A stretch of 64,000 nt of DNA, from positions 8,412 through 72,411 of the forward strand of contig NZ_DATHFV010000127.1 in assembly GCF_035317925.1 (NCBI RefSeq). Direction: 5' to 3'. Position numbers and translations under genes: made by a program. This DNA comes from Sphingomonas sp. (GTDB taxonomy: Bacteria; Pseudomonadota; Alphaproteobacteria; Sphingomonadales; Sphingomonadaceae). Position 1 is the stretch's first letter, and each line of letters starts with the position of its first letter. Positions 39,061 through 48,393 of the stretch are shown one piece after another. Below the pieces are notes generated by a model. The model made no database searches. It was not told where the DNA came from and saw only the letters and a program-made list of their open reading frames with translations.

Positions 39061-40686
39061 TTAGCGTCCCTGCGCGCGCCAGCGCTTGATCGTACGGTCG
39101 AGTTGTTCGCGCTCGCCGCCGGTCTGCGTCCAGGCGGTGCTGAACACGGGATCGTGGCTGGCGGGGAGCTGGCTATGGTCGAGCGGGTCGAACGACACGC
39201 GGATCGGGATCGGCACGCCTTCGCCGACCATGATCGCCTCGCGGTTGCGCAGCGCCGGGATCGCGTCGATCATGCCGCGCGCGCCTTCGGGCACGGCGGA
39301 TCGCACGAAGCTCTGGTCGCGCTCGTTGTTGAGCCGCATCGCGATGATCGTGCCGCATTGCGACAGCACGCCTTCGGCCAGATCGGACGGGCGCTGCGTC
39401 ACCAGCCCGAGCGACACGCCATATTTGCGGCCTTCCTTGGCGATACGCTCCAGCACCGCGCGCGCGGGCGCGGACGAGCCGGCGGGGATGTAACGATGCG
39501 CTTCCTCGCACACGAGCAGGATCGGATGCTGTTCGGCGCCGCGCGACCAGATCGCATGATCGAAAATCAGTCGCGCGAGCAGGGCGACCACCACGGCGGT
39601 CACCTCCGACGGTACGCCCGACAGGTCGACGATCGCGAGCGGCTTGCCGTCGCCCGGCAGGCGCAGCAAGCGCGCGAGCACGTCCGCCAGCGTGTCGTTG
39701 GCCATCACGCCCGAGAACATGAAGGCGTAACGCGGATCGGCCTTGATCTCGTCGAGCCGCGCCTTGATCCGCATATAGGGCGCCGCGCCGATCCCGCCTT
39801 TGTCGAGCTTGCCCATTTCGGCGGTGAGGATGATCCCCAGGTCGGACAACAGATAGGGTATCGGCGAATCGACCGTGAGCCGTGCCGCCCCGTCCGCGCC
39901 GCGATTCTTGGCGCGCGCCGCGAGCAGGCATTTGGCGAGCGCATCGCGGTCTATCTGCCGTTCCGCCCCGCTCGAATTCAGCAATATCTCGGCATGTTCG
40001 TCGAGGTTCATCAGCCAATAGGGGATGGCGAGATTGGTGACGTCGAACACCGCCGCCTTGTCCTTGAACGAGGTGCCATATTCGCCGTGCGGATCGATCA
40101 TCAGCACATGGCCGTGGGGCGCCGCGTCGCAGATGCGGTGGAGGATGAGCGCGGTCGCGCTCGACTTGCCGGTGCCGGTCGATCCCAGCACCGCGAAATG
40201 GCGGCCGAGCAACGTGTCGATGCAGAGCGACGCGGGAATCTGGCCCGACGGATGGACCGTGCCGATCTGGATATGCGGCCGTTCGTCGGGCGCGAAGATG
40301 GTGAGCAGTTCGTCCTCGGCGACCGCATGCAGCGCCGCGCCCGGCATCGGCAGCAAGGTGACGCCGCGCCGGAAATTGCCGAGCCGGTCGTTCACGTCGG
40401 CACCTTCGCCGACGAAATCGATCATGCCGAGGATCAGGTCGGAATCGGCCTGCGCCAGCCGCAGGGTGCGGATCTGGCCCAGCACCCAGCGGTTGCCGAC
40501 GCGCATCTTGACGTGGCTGCCGATCGATCCCGGGGGCGCCCCGACGCCGTTGGCCTTGCGCACCAGCGCCATCATATGGCCGTCGAACGAGACTTGCGCC
40601 CCCGCGCCCGCGATCTCAAGAACGCGGCCGAGCTCCATCGCGTCGCCCACCGTTATTGCGGGTACGATCCGGTCATGTATGCCCAT
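39061..40686 (-). CDS. HerA/FtsK-like ATPase (DUF87 type)
   Basis: HFAVLGSTGTGKS, IDPHGEY, CEEAHRY and EGRKYGVSLGLVTQRPS. Confidence 0.9.
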   Translation of the reverse strand: MGIHDRIVPAITVGDAMELGRVLEIAGAGAQVSFDGHMMALVRKANGVGAPPGSIGSHVKMRVGNRWVLGQIRTLRLAQADSDLILGMIDFVGEGADVNDRLGNFRRGVTLLPMPGAALHAVAEDELLTIFAPDERPHIQIGTVHPSGQIPASLCIDTLLGRHFAVLGSTGTGKSSATALILHRICDAAPHGHVLMIDPHGEYGTSFKDKAAVFDVTNLAIPYWLMNLDEHAEILLNSSGAERQIDRDALAKCLLAARAKNRGADGAARLTVDSPIPYLLSDLGIILTAEMGKLDKGGIGAAPYMRIKARLDEIKADPRYAFMFSGVMANDTLADVLARLLRLPGDGKPLAIVDLSGVPSEVTAVVVALLARLIFDHAIWSRGAEQHPILLVCEEAHRYIPAGSSAPARAVLERIAKEGRKYGVSLGLVTQRPSDLAEGVLSQCGTIIAMRLNNERDQSFVRSAVPEGARGMIDAIPALRNREAIMVGEGVPIPIRVSFDPLDHSQLPASHDPVFSTAWTQTGGEREQLDRTIKRWRAQGR

Positions 40687-40749
40687 GGCTTCTGCCTAGC
40701 CCAATAGGGTTAAGGCTTTCCTCACCGCGTATGTGATTGGCGCCGTTCT

Positions 40750-41511
40750 TCAGCGCCGAAGGCGCGTGAAACCAAGCGCCGCGAACCAGCCTAATAATAG
40801 CGAAAGCGCGATCGCGGTCAGACCGTACCAGAGCGGATAATGGTCGGCGGCGTTGGTGACGAAGCGTTCGAAACCCGATTTGCCGATCGCGATCTCGCGC
40901 GTCGCTGCCGCAACGATTCGGCCATTTCGGATAAGATAGGTTTCGGCGGTATAATTGCCGACCGGCACGCGCGCCGGGATCGGCACCAATGCGCGATAGA
41001 GCACGCCCTCGCGCACCGAAACCGTGCCGACATGCTCGGCATAAAGCCCGCTCTTGCGCTTCAGTTCGACCAGCCCCTGCTCGAACCGCGCCTGCTCGTT
41101 GGCGCTCGCGCCGTTGGCGGGGGACAGCAGCAGATTGCCGATCCCGATTTCGTAGATCGCGGCGGTACGGGGGCTGACGAGCTGGGCGAGCGGGCGCGAC
41201 GTCGCGACCGCGTAAAAGCTCGGCACCGACCGGAAACGCTCGCTCGCATGGTTGATCCAGATGCCCGCGACCTTGGCCTTCTCGCGTACCAGCAACGGTT
41301 CGGACGGGCCCTTGATCACCACCGCGATATCGGTGTCGGGCGCGGGCGCGCGTCCGCCGGGATAGAGGATCGCGCCGAACAGGAGCAGGTCCGCGCCGGT
41401 GAAGCTGTAGGCGATATCGATCTGCGTGTCGGACACGTCGGGCACCAGCCGCGGCTCGGCCGCGCCGATCAGCAAGGGCAATGCCGCCAGCAAGGCGAAC
41501 GCCCTTTTCAT
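40750..41511 (-). CDS. TIGR02186 family membrane protein
   Basis: SFTGADLLLFGAI, VREKAKVAGIWIN, KSGFERFV and a C-terminal TM; follows the TauE gene. Confidence 0.85.
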   Translation of the reverse strand: MKRAFALLAALPLLIGAAEPRLVPDVSDTQIDIAYSFTGADLLLFGAILYPGGRAPAPDTDIAVVIKGPSEPLLVREKAKVAGIWINHASERFRSVPSFYAVATSRPLAQLVSPRTAAIYEIGIGNLLLSPANGASANEQARFEQGLVELKRKSGLYAEHVGTVSVREGVLYRALVPIPARVPVGNYTAETYLIRNGRIVAAATREIAIGKSGFERFVTNAADHYPLWYGLTAIALSLLLGWFAALGFTRLRR

Positions 41512-42425
41512 AGCCCCTGCACCGTATAGATCGCATCAGGCCGCCAGGTCAGGCCAAGCGCCATCCGGATTGCGACCGCGAGCACGATCACCGCCAGCGC
41601 CATGCGCGCGCGTTCGGGGCGGACCTTCTGCACCAGGCTCGACCCGATCTGCGCGCCGGTAACCGATCCGATCAGCAGCAGCCCCGCCAGCACCAGATCG
41701 ACCGCATGCGTCGTCAGCGCGTGGACCAGCGTCGTGGTCGCGGTGACGAACAGCCCCTGGAATAGCGAGGTACCGACCACGACCCGCGCCGACACGCCGA
41801 AAACATAGAGCATCGCCGGCACGAGGATGAAGCCGCCGCCAACGCCCATCAGCACGGTCAGCAATCCGGTGATGAAGCCCAGTATGAACGGCGCCAGCGG
41901 TGAGATGTAGAGGCCGGCGCCGTAGAAACGCCAGCGCCCCGGCAGCGCCGCGATCCATTTGCGGTGGCGCTTGGTGGTGATCGGCGGGGCAGGCAATCCG
42001 CTCCGCGTCGCCACCACCGCGCGCGCCGACTCGCGCGCCATCGCCAGTCCGATCCAGCCGAGCAGGACGACGTAGAGCAGGCCGATGATCGTATCGATCT
42101 GCCCGCTCTTCTGGAGCAGGCGGAAGATAAAGCCGCCGACCAAAGATCCCAGCGCGCCGCCCGCGACCAGCACCGCGCCCATGCGGAAGTCGACCCCCTG
42201 CCTTTTGCTGTGCGCGATCACGCCCGACACGCTCGCGCCGGTGATCTGCGTCGCCGACGACGCCACCGCCACCGCCGGCGGCACGCCGTAGAAAATGAGC
42301 AAAGGCGTGGTCAGGAAACCGCCGCCCACCCCGAACATGCCCGACAATATGCCGACCGCGCCGCCCAGCAGCACGATCACCAGCGCATTCACCGACAGGC
42401 CGGCAATGGGGAGGTAAAGGTGCAT
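41508..42425 (-). CDS. TauE/SafE (TSUP) family transporter
   Basis: MHLYLPIA, GMFGVGGGFLTTP, MGVGGGFILVP and VGTSLFQ. Confidence 0.92.
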   Translation of the reverse strand: MHLYLPIAGLSVNALVIVLLGGAVGILSGMFGVGGGFLTTPLLIFYGVPPAVAVASSATQITGASVSGVIAHSKRQGVDFRMGAVLVAGGALGSLVGGFIFRLLQKSGQIDTIIGLLYVVLLGWIGLAMARESARAVVATRSGLPAPPITTKRHRKWIAALPGRWRFYGAGLYISPLAPFILGFITGLLTVLMGVGGGFILVPAMLYVFGVSARVVVGTSLFQGLFVTATTTLVHALTTHAVDLVLAGLLLIGSVTGAQIGSSLVQKVRPERARMALAVIVLAVAIRMALGLTWRPDAIYTVQGL

Positions 42426-42478
42426 GCCCCGTTAGACTCTACTGGCGATGCCCTTTCAACCCGCCCTCTCTGCTAAAC

Positions 42479-42567
42479 CGTCATGCCGGACCTGTTCCGG
42501 CATCCACCCATCCTCCGCACCGCCGCGCTTGGGATGCGGTGGACCCCGGAACGGGTCCGGGGTGACG
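42479..42567. repeat. CGTC-tagged REP/MITE-like palindromic element, gene-less copy 2
   Basis: CGTCATGCCGGACCTGTTCCGGCATCCACC, a 29-bp spacer, then GGTGGACCCCGGAACGGGTCCGGGGTGACG. Confidence 0.9.
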
Positions 42568-42598
42568 GAAGGACGGGGCGGCGTGCTAGAGCCCAACC

Positions 42599-43333
42599 AT
42601 GCCCGCATTCCTCGAACGCCCCGGCTTGCCCCGCATCGCCTACGATCAGCGCGCCGGCGCCGGCCCGACGATTGTCTTCCTGCCCGGCTACGGCTCCGAC
42701 ATGACCGGCTCCAAGGCGATCGCGCTCGATGCGTGGGCCGAGGCGGAGGGACGCGCGATCCTGCGTTTCGACTATCGCGGCTGCGGCGAGAGCGAGGGCG
42801 TGTTCGGCGAATCCACGCTCGACGATTGGCGCGACGATGCGCTCGACGCGATCGACACGCTCGCCCAGGGGTCTTTGATCCTGGTTGGCTCGTCGATGGG
42901 CGGCTGGTTGATGCTGCTGATCGCGCTCGAGCGGCCCGAGCGCGTCGCGGGGCTGGTCGGCATCGCCGCCGCGCCCGATTTCACCGAATGGGGCTATGAC
43001 GAGGTCCAGCGCGCGACGCTCGCCACCGACGGCCTGCTCGTCAGCGACCATCCCGATTATGACGAACCCGAGGTCACGACCAAGGCCTTCTGGGACAGCG
43101 GCCAGGTCAATCTGCTGCTCGGTGACGAAATCCCGATCGATTGCCCGGTGCGTCTGCTGCACGGGCTGGAGGACCGGGACGTTCCGCCGTCGATCGCCTT
43201 CCGCCTCGGCCGCGTGCTCCGTTCAGCCGATGTGCAGACCATGCTCGTCAAAGGCGGCGAACATCGCCTGTCGCGGCCCGGCGATCTCGGCCTGCTGCTG
43301 ACGACCGTCGCCGCTTTGATCGAGAGCTTATGA
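42599..43333 (+). CDS. Alpha/beta hydrolase
   Basis: FLPGYGSDMTGSKA, GSSMGG, HGLEDRDVP and GEHRLS. Confidence 0.92.
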   Translation: MPAFLERPGLPRIAYDQRAGAGPTIVFLPGYGSDMTGSKAIALDAWAEAEGRAILRFDYRGCGESEGVFGESTLDDWRDDALDAIDTLAQGSLILVGSSMGGWLMLLIALERPERVAGLVGIAAAPDFTEWGYDEVQRATLATDGLLVSDHPDYDEPEVTTKAFWDSGQVNLLLGDEIPIDCPVRLLHGLEDRDVPPSIAFRLGRVLRSADVQTMLVKGGEHRLSRPGDLGLLLTTVAALIESL

Positions 43334-44052
43334 TCCCGCTGTTCCTGCTCGCCGCCTTGACCGAGATTTCCGGCGATCCGGCACGCGTCGCCGCCTGCCG
43401 CAAACTGATCGTGACCGATCCCAAGGCGGCGGTCGAGCAGGCGAGCGCCTGGGCCGATCGCGACAAGAGCGTGCCATCGCGTCAATGCCTCGGTCTCGCT
43501 TTCGCCGCGGTCGAACGGTGGGTTCCGGCCGAGGCCGCGCTCGCGATGGCGGCGGCGCAGTCGGACGCGCAGCGCGACGGCCACGGCCCGCAACTCTGGA
43601 GCCAGGCCGCCAATGCCGCGCTCGCCGCCGATCAGCCGGCCAAGGCGCGCGCGGATATCGACCATGTCGTGGCGCTCCCGGACCTCGCGCCGACGCTGAC
43701 CGGCGAGGCGTGGATCGATCGCGCGCGCGCCGACGTCGCGCTCGACGATCTCCCCCAGGCGCGCACCGACATGGACAAGGGACTGGCTTTGGTCCCGCAG
43801 GATCCGTTCGCCTGGCTCTTGTCGGCGACGCTCGCGCGGCGTCAGAAGGATCTGCCGCGCGCGCAGAAGGATATCGCGGTGGCGCTCAAATCGGCGGGCG
43901 ACGATCCGTCGGTCCAGCTCGAGGCGGGAAATATCTATGCCGCCGCCGGCCAGATGGACGCCGCGCGCTCGGCCTGGACCCGCGCCGCGCAGATCGCGCC
44001 GGACGATCCCGACGGCAAGCAGGCGGCCGCCTTGCTCGGCCAGCCGAAATAG
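43330..44052 (+). CDS. Secreted tetratricopeptide-repeat protein
   Basis: ATGA overlap with the upstream stop, hydrophobic N-terminus and Ala-rich TPR-like helices. Confidence 0.75.
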   Translation: MIPLFLLAALTEISGDPARVAACRKLIVTDPKAAVEQASAWADRDKSVPSRQCLGLAFAAVERWVPAEAALAMAAAQSDAQRDGHGPQLWSQAANAALAADQPAKARADIDHVVALPDLAPTLTGEAWIDRARADVALDDLPQARTDMDKGLALVPQDPFAWLLSATLARRQKDLPRAQKDIAVALKSAGDDPSVQLEAGNIYAAAGQMDAARSAWTRAAQIAPDDPDGKQAAALLGQPK

Positions 44053-44091
44053 CGGTTTCACCGACTCGCAACGGAGGCGTAAGCGCCACCC

Positions 44092-44508
44092 ATGCCCAAA
44101 TATCTCCACACCATGATCCGCGTGTCCGATCCCGACGCGACGATCCGCTTCTTCGAATTGCTCGGCCTCCGCGAAGTGCGGCGCATGGACAATGAAAAGG
44201 GGCGCTTCACGCTGATCTTCCTCGCAGCCCCTGGCGACGAGGAGGCGCAGGTCGAGCTTACCCATAATTGGGACGAGGCCGGTTATGACGGCGGCCGCAA
44301 TTTCGGCCATCTCGCCTATCGCGTCGATGACATCTACGCGACCTGCCAGCGGCTGATGGACGCCGGCGTGACGATCAACCGCCCGCCGCGCGACGGCCAC
44401 ATGGCGTTCGTGCGCACGCCCGATAACATCTCGGTCGAATTGCTGCAGGATGGCCATTTGCCGCCGCAGGAGCCGTGGGCGTCGATGCCCAATACGGGCG
44501 CCTGGTGA
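44092..44508 (+). CDS. gloA: Lactoylglutathione lyase (glyoxalase I)
   Basis: YLHTMIRV, FTLIFL, ELTHNWD, NFGHLAYRVDD and PDNISVELLQ. Confidence 0.92.
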   Translation: MPKYLHTMIRVSDPDATIRFFELLGLREVRRMDNEKGRFTLIFLAAPGDEEAQVELTHNWDEAGYDGGRNFGHLAYRVDDIYATCQRLMDAGVTINRPPRDGHMAFVRTPDNISVELLQDGHLPPQEPWASMPNTGAW

Positions 44509-44515
44509 CGCGGCG

Positions 44516-45244
44516 ATGATCGAGGTCGTCCGCATTCCGGTGCTTGAGGACAATTATATCTGGCTGGCGCATGACGATGTCAGCGGCGAGACGGTGGTGA
44601 TCGACCCCGCCGAGGCTGCACCGGTATTGGCGGAAGCGGACCGGCGAGGCTGGCGGATCGGCCAGATCTGGAACACGCACTGGCACGGCGATCACATCGG
44701 CGGCAACGCCGCGATCAAGGCCGCGACCGGCTGCCTCGTCACCGGCCCCGCCGCCGAGGCCGCCAAGATCCCGACGCTCGACCGCATGGTGGGCGAGGGC
44801 GACGTGGTGCACATCGGCGCGGTCGCGGCGCACGTGCTGGAAGTGCCCGCGCATACCGCCGGCCATATCGCTTATTACCTTCCCGAAGCGGGGATCGCCT
44901 TCGTCGGCGACACCTTGTTCGCGATGGGCTGCGGGCGATTGTTCGAAGGGACGCCGGCGCAGATGTGGACCAACATGCAGCGCCTCGCCGCCTTGCCGTC
45001 CGAGACGATCGTCTATTGCGCGCACGAATATACGCAGGCGAACGGGCGCTACGCGCGTGTCGCCGAACCCGACAATCAGGCGGTGATCGATCGCATGCGC
45101 GAGGTCGACGCGCTGCGCGCGCAAGGGCAGGCGACCGTGCCGACCACGATCGCGCTCGAACTTGCGACCAATCCCTTCATGCGCGCGGACAGCGTCGAGA
45201 CGCTCGCGCGGCGCCGCGCGGAAAAGGATATTTTCCGGGGATGA
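44516..45244 (+). CDS. gloB: Hydroxyacylglutathione hydrolase (glyoxalase II)
   Basis: DNYIW, THWHGDHIGG, GDTLFAMGCGRLFEG, CAHEYT and TNPFMR. Confidence 0.95.
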   Translation: MIEVVRIPVLEDNYIWLAHDDVSGETVVIDPAEAAPVLAEADRRGWRIGQIWNTHWHGDHIGGNAAIKAATGCLVTGPAAEAAKIPTLDRMVGEGDVVHIGAVAAHVLEVPAHTAGHIAYYLPEAGIAFVGDTLFAMGCGRLFEGTPAQMWTNMQRLAALPSETIVYCAHEYTQANGRYARVAEPDNQAVIDRMREVDALRAQGQATVPTTIALELATNPFMRADSVETLARRRAEKDIFRG

Positions 45245-45297
45245 ACCTTCGCGCCCGAAGGCGTATCAAAGCGTTATGGCACAAGGAGGATTTTCCC

Positions 45298-45693
45298 ATG
45301 CGAAGCCTGATCCACGCCGCCCTGATCGCCGGCCTGACCGCCGCCCCGATCGCGCCGCTCGCTGCCGCCCGCCTCACGCCTGAGGCGCAGCTCGCCAAGC
45401 TGATCGATGGCCGCGTCGCCGGCAAACCGGTCGACTGCATCAACCTCGGCATCAGCAGCAATGATTCGCAGAAGATTCCGGGGCTGGCCATGGCCTATCG
45501 CCAGGGCACGACCTGGTATGTCAGCCGGTTCCAGGATGGCTGCCCGCAGCTCCGTGATGACACGATCCTGATCACCAGGGTCCACAGCTCGCAGCTCTGC
45601 CGCGGCGATTTCGCGGAGCTGCGCATGAGCGGCGCGAACATTCCGGTCGGCACCTGCGTGTTCGACAGCTTCGTGCCCTACCGCAAGGAATAG
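45298..45693 (+). CDS. Small secreted 4-Cys protein, paralog 1
   Basis: AGGAGG RBS, signal peptide, GKPVDCI...GCPQL...QLCRGD...TCVFDSFVPY. Confidence 0.8.
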   Translation: MRSLIHAALIAGLTAAPIAPLAAARLTPEAQLAKLIDGRVAGKPVDCINLGISSNDSQKIPGLAMAYRQGTTWYVSRFQDGCPQLRDDTILITRVHSSQLCRGDFAELRMSGANIPVGTCVFDSFVPYRKE

Positions 45694-45697
45694 CATC

Positions 45698-46069
45698 ATG
45701 GCCCGAACGCTGATCGCGCTGGTGGCCGGTGGTCTGCTGGCGGCACCGGCCTGTGCAAGCACGGATGCGCTGTCCGATCTGCTCAAGGGCAAGACCGCGG
45801 ACGCGCCGCGCCGGTGCATCTTCCCCGACCGCTCGGCGCAGCCGGAGATCATCGACGGTACCGCGATCGTCTATCGCGATGCGCGCTACACCTATGTCGC
45901 GCGCTTCAAGGGCGGCTGCCCGGCCTTGCGCGAGGGCCGCCGGATCGTGACCCGCGGCGCCGGCGGCCAATTATGCGAGAATGATCCGGTGCACGTGACC
46001 GAGACGACCGGCGCGGACTTCGGCTTTTGCACCTTCGACCAGTTCACGCCGTACAGAAAGGCGCGCTAA
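45698..46069 (+). CDS. Small secreted Cys-rich protein, paralog 2
   Basis: Same Cys pattern: RRCI...GCPAL...QLCEND...FCTFDQFTPY. Confidence 0.8.
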   Translation: MARTLIALVAGGLLAAPACASTDALSDLLKGKTADAPRRCIFPDRSAQPEIIDGTAIVYRDARYTYVARFKGGCPALREGRRIVTRGAGGQLCENDPVHVTETTGADFGFCTFDQFTPYRKAR

Positions 46070-46298
46070 GCCCGCGGAAACGGCGGTCCGCGTTTGTTTG
46101 AACGGGCTGAAGGCCTGGCCTGAGCAAGCGGGGGAAGGCCTCGACCCTGCGATCGCGCTGCCAGAGCTCGAGCGGATAGGGTCCCCGGTAGAGTTTTGCG
46201 GCTTCGATCGCGGCTGCGTCGCTATCGGCTTCGATCGCTTCGAAGCGATCGATGTGGCCGCCGACACTGGTCATGAAATAGAGTCGATAATTGGTCAC
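46044..46298 (-). CDS. Small hypothetical protein
   Basis: GGAGA RBS; YRLYF...GHI...IEADSDAAAI...ELWQRDR pattern typical of small alphaproteobacterial proteins. Confidence 0.65.
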   Translation of the reverse strand: MTNYRLYFMTSVGGHIDRFEAIEADSDAAAIEAAKLYRGPYPLELWQRDRRVEAFPRLLRPGLQPVQTNADRRFRGLSAPFCTA

Positions 46299-46522
46299 AG
46301 ACGATCTCCAGCCAGGGGGTCAGGCTTCTGTCGTCAACACCACGCACTCATCAACGATAATAAGTATATCGAGCGGAATGCAAAAATAACAAGGTTAAGT
46401 ATCGGATATTATAGGACCAATATGACCCGATAAAATTGGGAACATATTGTCGATAATCTTAGTCAGCTGACAAGTGAGAGAAGAATTATTTATATGAATG
46501 GTGCCTGTACGCCAAAGGAGCG

Positions 46523-48268
46523 TCAGGCCTTCGGTCCGTACAGCGCGTCGAGACGCTCCCCATAACGTTCGCGCAGCACGTGCCGCCGCACCTTGAGCGA
46601 CGGCGTCAGCGCGCCATTCTCGATCGTGAAGGCCTCGTCCGCCACGAGCACGCGGCGCACCCGTTCGATCACCGACAGGCCCGCATTGACGCGATCGACC
46701 GCCGCCATCATCGCCTTGTGCAGGTCGGTGCCCGGGGCGAGCGTCGCTTCCCATTCCTTGTCGGGCACGACCAGCCCGACCAGGTACGGCCGCCGGTCGC
46801 CGATCACCATCGCCTGCGCGATCTCGGGTTCGAGCGTGAGCATGCCCTCGACCCGCTGGGGCGAGACATTGTCGCCCTTGTCGTTGACGATCAGGTCCTT
46901 CTTGCGGTCGGTGATCACGATCCGCCCCGCTTCGTCGAGATGGCCGACGTCGCCGGTATGGAGCCAGCCGTCGATCAGCACGCGCGCGCTCTCGGCATCG
47001 TTGCGCCAGTAACCGTGCATCACATTCTCGCCGCGCACGAGGATCTCGCCATCCTGGGCGATCCTGACCTCGGTGCCCATCACCGGCGGCCCGACGCTCT
47101 CCATCGTGATGCCCGCGCGCGGCCGATTGACCGAGATGAGCGGACCGCACTCGGTCTGGCCATAGCCCTGCAGCAACGTCACGCCGAGCGCGCGGAAGAA
47201 GCGCCCGACCTCGGGATTGAGCGGCGCGCCGCCGGACACCAGGGCCTTCACCCGCCCGCCGAACCGCGCGCGCACCTTCTTGCGCACGGTCACGTCCAGC
47301 AGCAGGTCGAGCGGCTTGTCGGCAATGCTCTTTTTCGGCTTGGCATCGAGCGCGAGCGCCTGAGCGAGCAGCCATTGCGCCGCTTTGCCCTGCTTCTCGA
47401 TCTGCTTGATGATCCGCCCGCGCAGCAATTCGAACAGGCGCGGCACCACGATCATGATCGTCGGCCCGACCTCCTCCATGTTGGAGGCAAGCTTCTCGAT
47501 GCTCTCGGCATAATGGATCTGGCCGCCCAGGCTGATCGGGAAATGCTGGCCGAACGTATGCTCATAGGCATGGCTCAGCGGCAGCAGGCTCAGGAAGATT
47601 TCCAGCCCGCTCTCGAAATCCCCGCGGATGACATCGGTCGCGCCCGCGCAATTCTGCAGGATCGCGCCATGATGCTGGCGCACGCCGCGCGGGGACCCGC
47701 CGGTGCCGCTGGTATAGATGACGCAGGCAACATCCTCGCGCTTGAAGTCGGCGCGCGCGGCCGCGGCCGCGACATCGCCCGGCTGGTCCGCGACCAGGGC
47801 ATGCCATTCGTGGATGCGGACCGCGCCGATCCGCTCGCGCTGCAGCGGCTCGATCCCGATCACCATCTCGCATTCGGATGATCTGGCGACGGCCGGCAGC
47901 AGCGTCTTGGCAAGCGCCGCGGTCGAGACGATCGCGATGCGCGCGCCGCTGTCGTTGAGGACATGCGCATGATCGCTGGTCGTGTTGCTGGTATAGGCCG
48001 GCACGGTGATGCCGCCCGCAGCCATGATCGCGAGATCGGCAATCGCCCATTCGGGCCGATTCTCGGACACGAGCAAGACCCGGTCGCAGCGTTCCAGCCC
48101 GAGCCCGCGCAGCGCCTCGGCAAGCTTGGCGACGCAACGCGCGGTCTCGGCCCAGCTCAGCGACCGCCACGCGCCGTCTTCCTTCCAGAACAGGAAAGGC
48201 GCGTCGCCAAATTCGGCCGCGCGCGTGAAGAACATCGTGACCAGATTGGGGAAGGGCTCGATCGCCAT
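46523..48268 (-). CDS. Long-chain fatty acid-CoA ligase (AMP-dependent synthetase)
   Basis: IYTSGTGGSPRG, QGYGQTE, WLHTGDVG and DRKKDLI; AGGAGAG RBS before ATG 48268. Confidence 0.93.
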   Translation of the reverse strand: MAIEPFPNLVTMFFTRAAEFGDAPFLFWKEDGAWRSLSWAETARCVAKLAEALRGLGLERCDRVLLVSENRPEWAIADLAIMAAGGITVPAYTSNTTSDHAHVLNDSGARIAIVSTAALAKTLLPAVARSSECEMVIGIEPLQRERIGAVRIHEWHALVADQPGDVAAAAARADFKREDVACVIYTSGTGGSPRGVRQHHGAILQNCAGATDVIRGDFESGLEIFLSLLPLSHAYEHTFGQHFPISLGGQIHYAESIEKLASNMEEVGPTIMIVVPRLFELLRGRIIKQIEKQGKAAQWLLAQALALDAKPKKSIADKPLDLLLDVTVRKKVRARFGGRVKALVSGGAPLNPEVGRFFRALGVTLLQGYGQTECGPLISVNRPRAGITMESVGPPVMGTEVRIAQDGEILVRGENVMHGYWRNDAESARVLIDGWLHTGDVGHLDEAGRIVITDRKKDLIVNDKGDNVSPQRVEGMLTLEPEIAQAMVIGDRRPYLVGLVVPDKEWEATLAPGTDLHKAMMAAVDRVNAGLSVIERVRRVLVADEAFTIENGALTPSLKVRRHVLRERYGERLDALYGPKA

Positions 48269-48289
48269 CGTCTCTCCTGCCCTTATTAT

Positions 48290-48384
48290 TCCCCTCCCGC
48301 TTGCGGGAGGGGTTGGGGAGGGGCGTCCCCCCTTGCACCAGCGCTGAATGCCCTCCCCCGCCCCCTCCCGCAAGCGGGAGGGGA
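48290..48384. repeat. Second REP-like palindromic dimer family (CCCCTCCCGCTTGCGGGAGGGG type)
   Basis: Two inverted arms, each containing its own hairpin, between ggt and the acyl-CoA ligase gene. Confidence 0.85.
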
Positions 48385-48393
48385 GAAGATTGC

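Noticed and set aside
39061-40686. HerA-like ATPase as an anti-phage system
   Set aside because: No Sir2, NurA or nuclease partner; it has host-like composition and housekeeping neighbours.
40709-40724. CtrA box upstream of the HerA-like gene
   Set aside because: Only one good half-site.
46300-46520. AT-rich intergenic stretch as a foreign insert or ncRNA
   Set aside because: No convincing repeat, stable hairpin or boundary; most simply the promoter of the small minus-strand gene.
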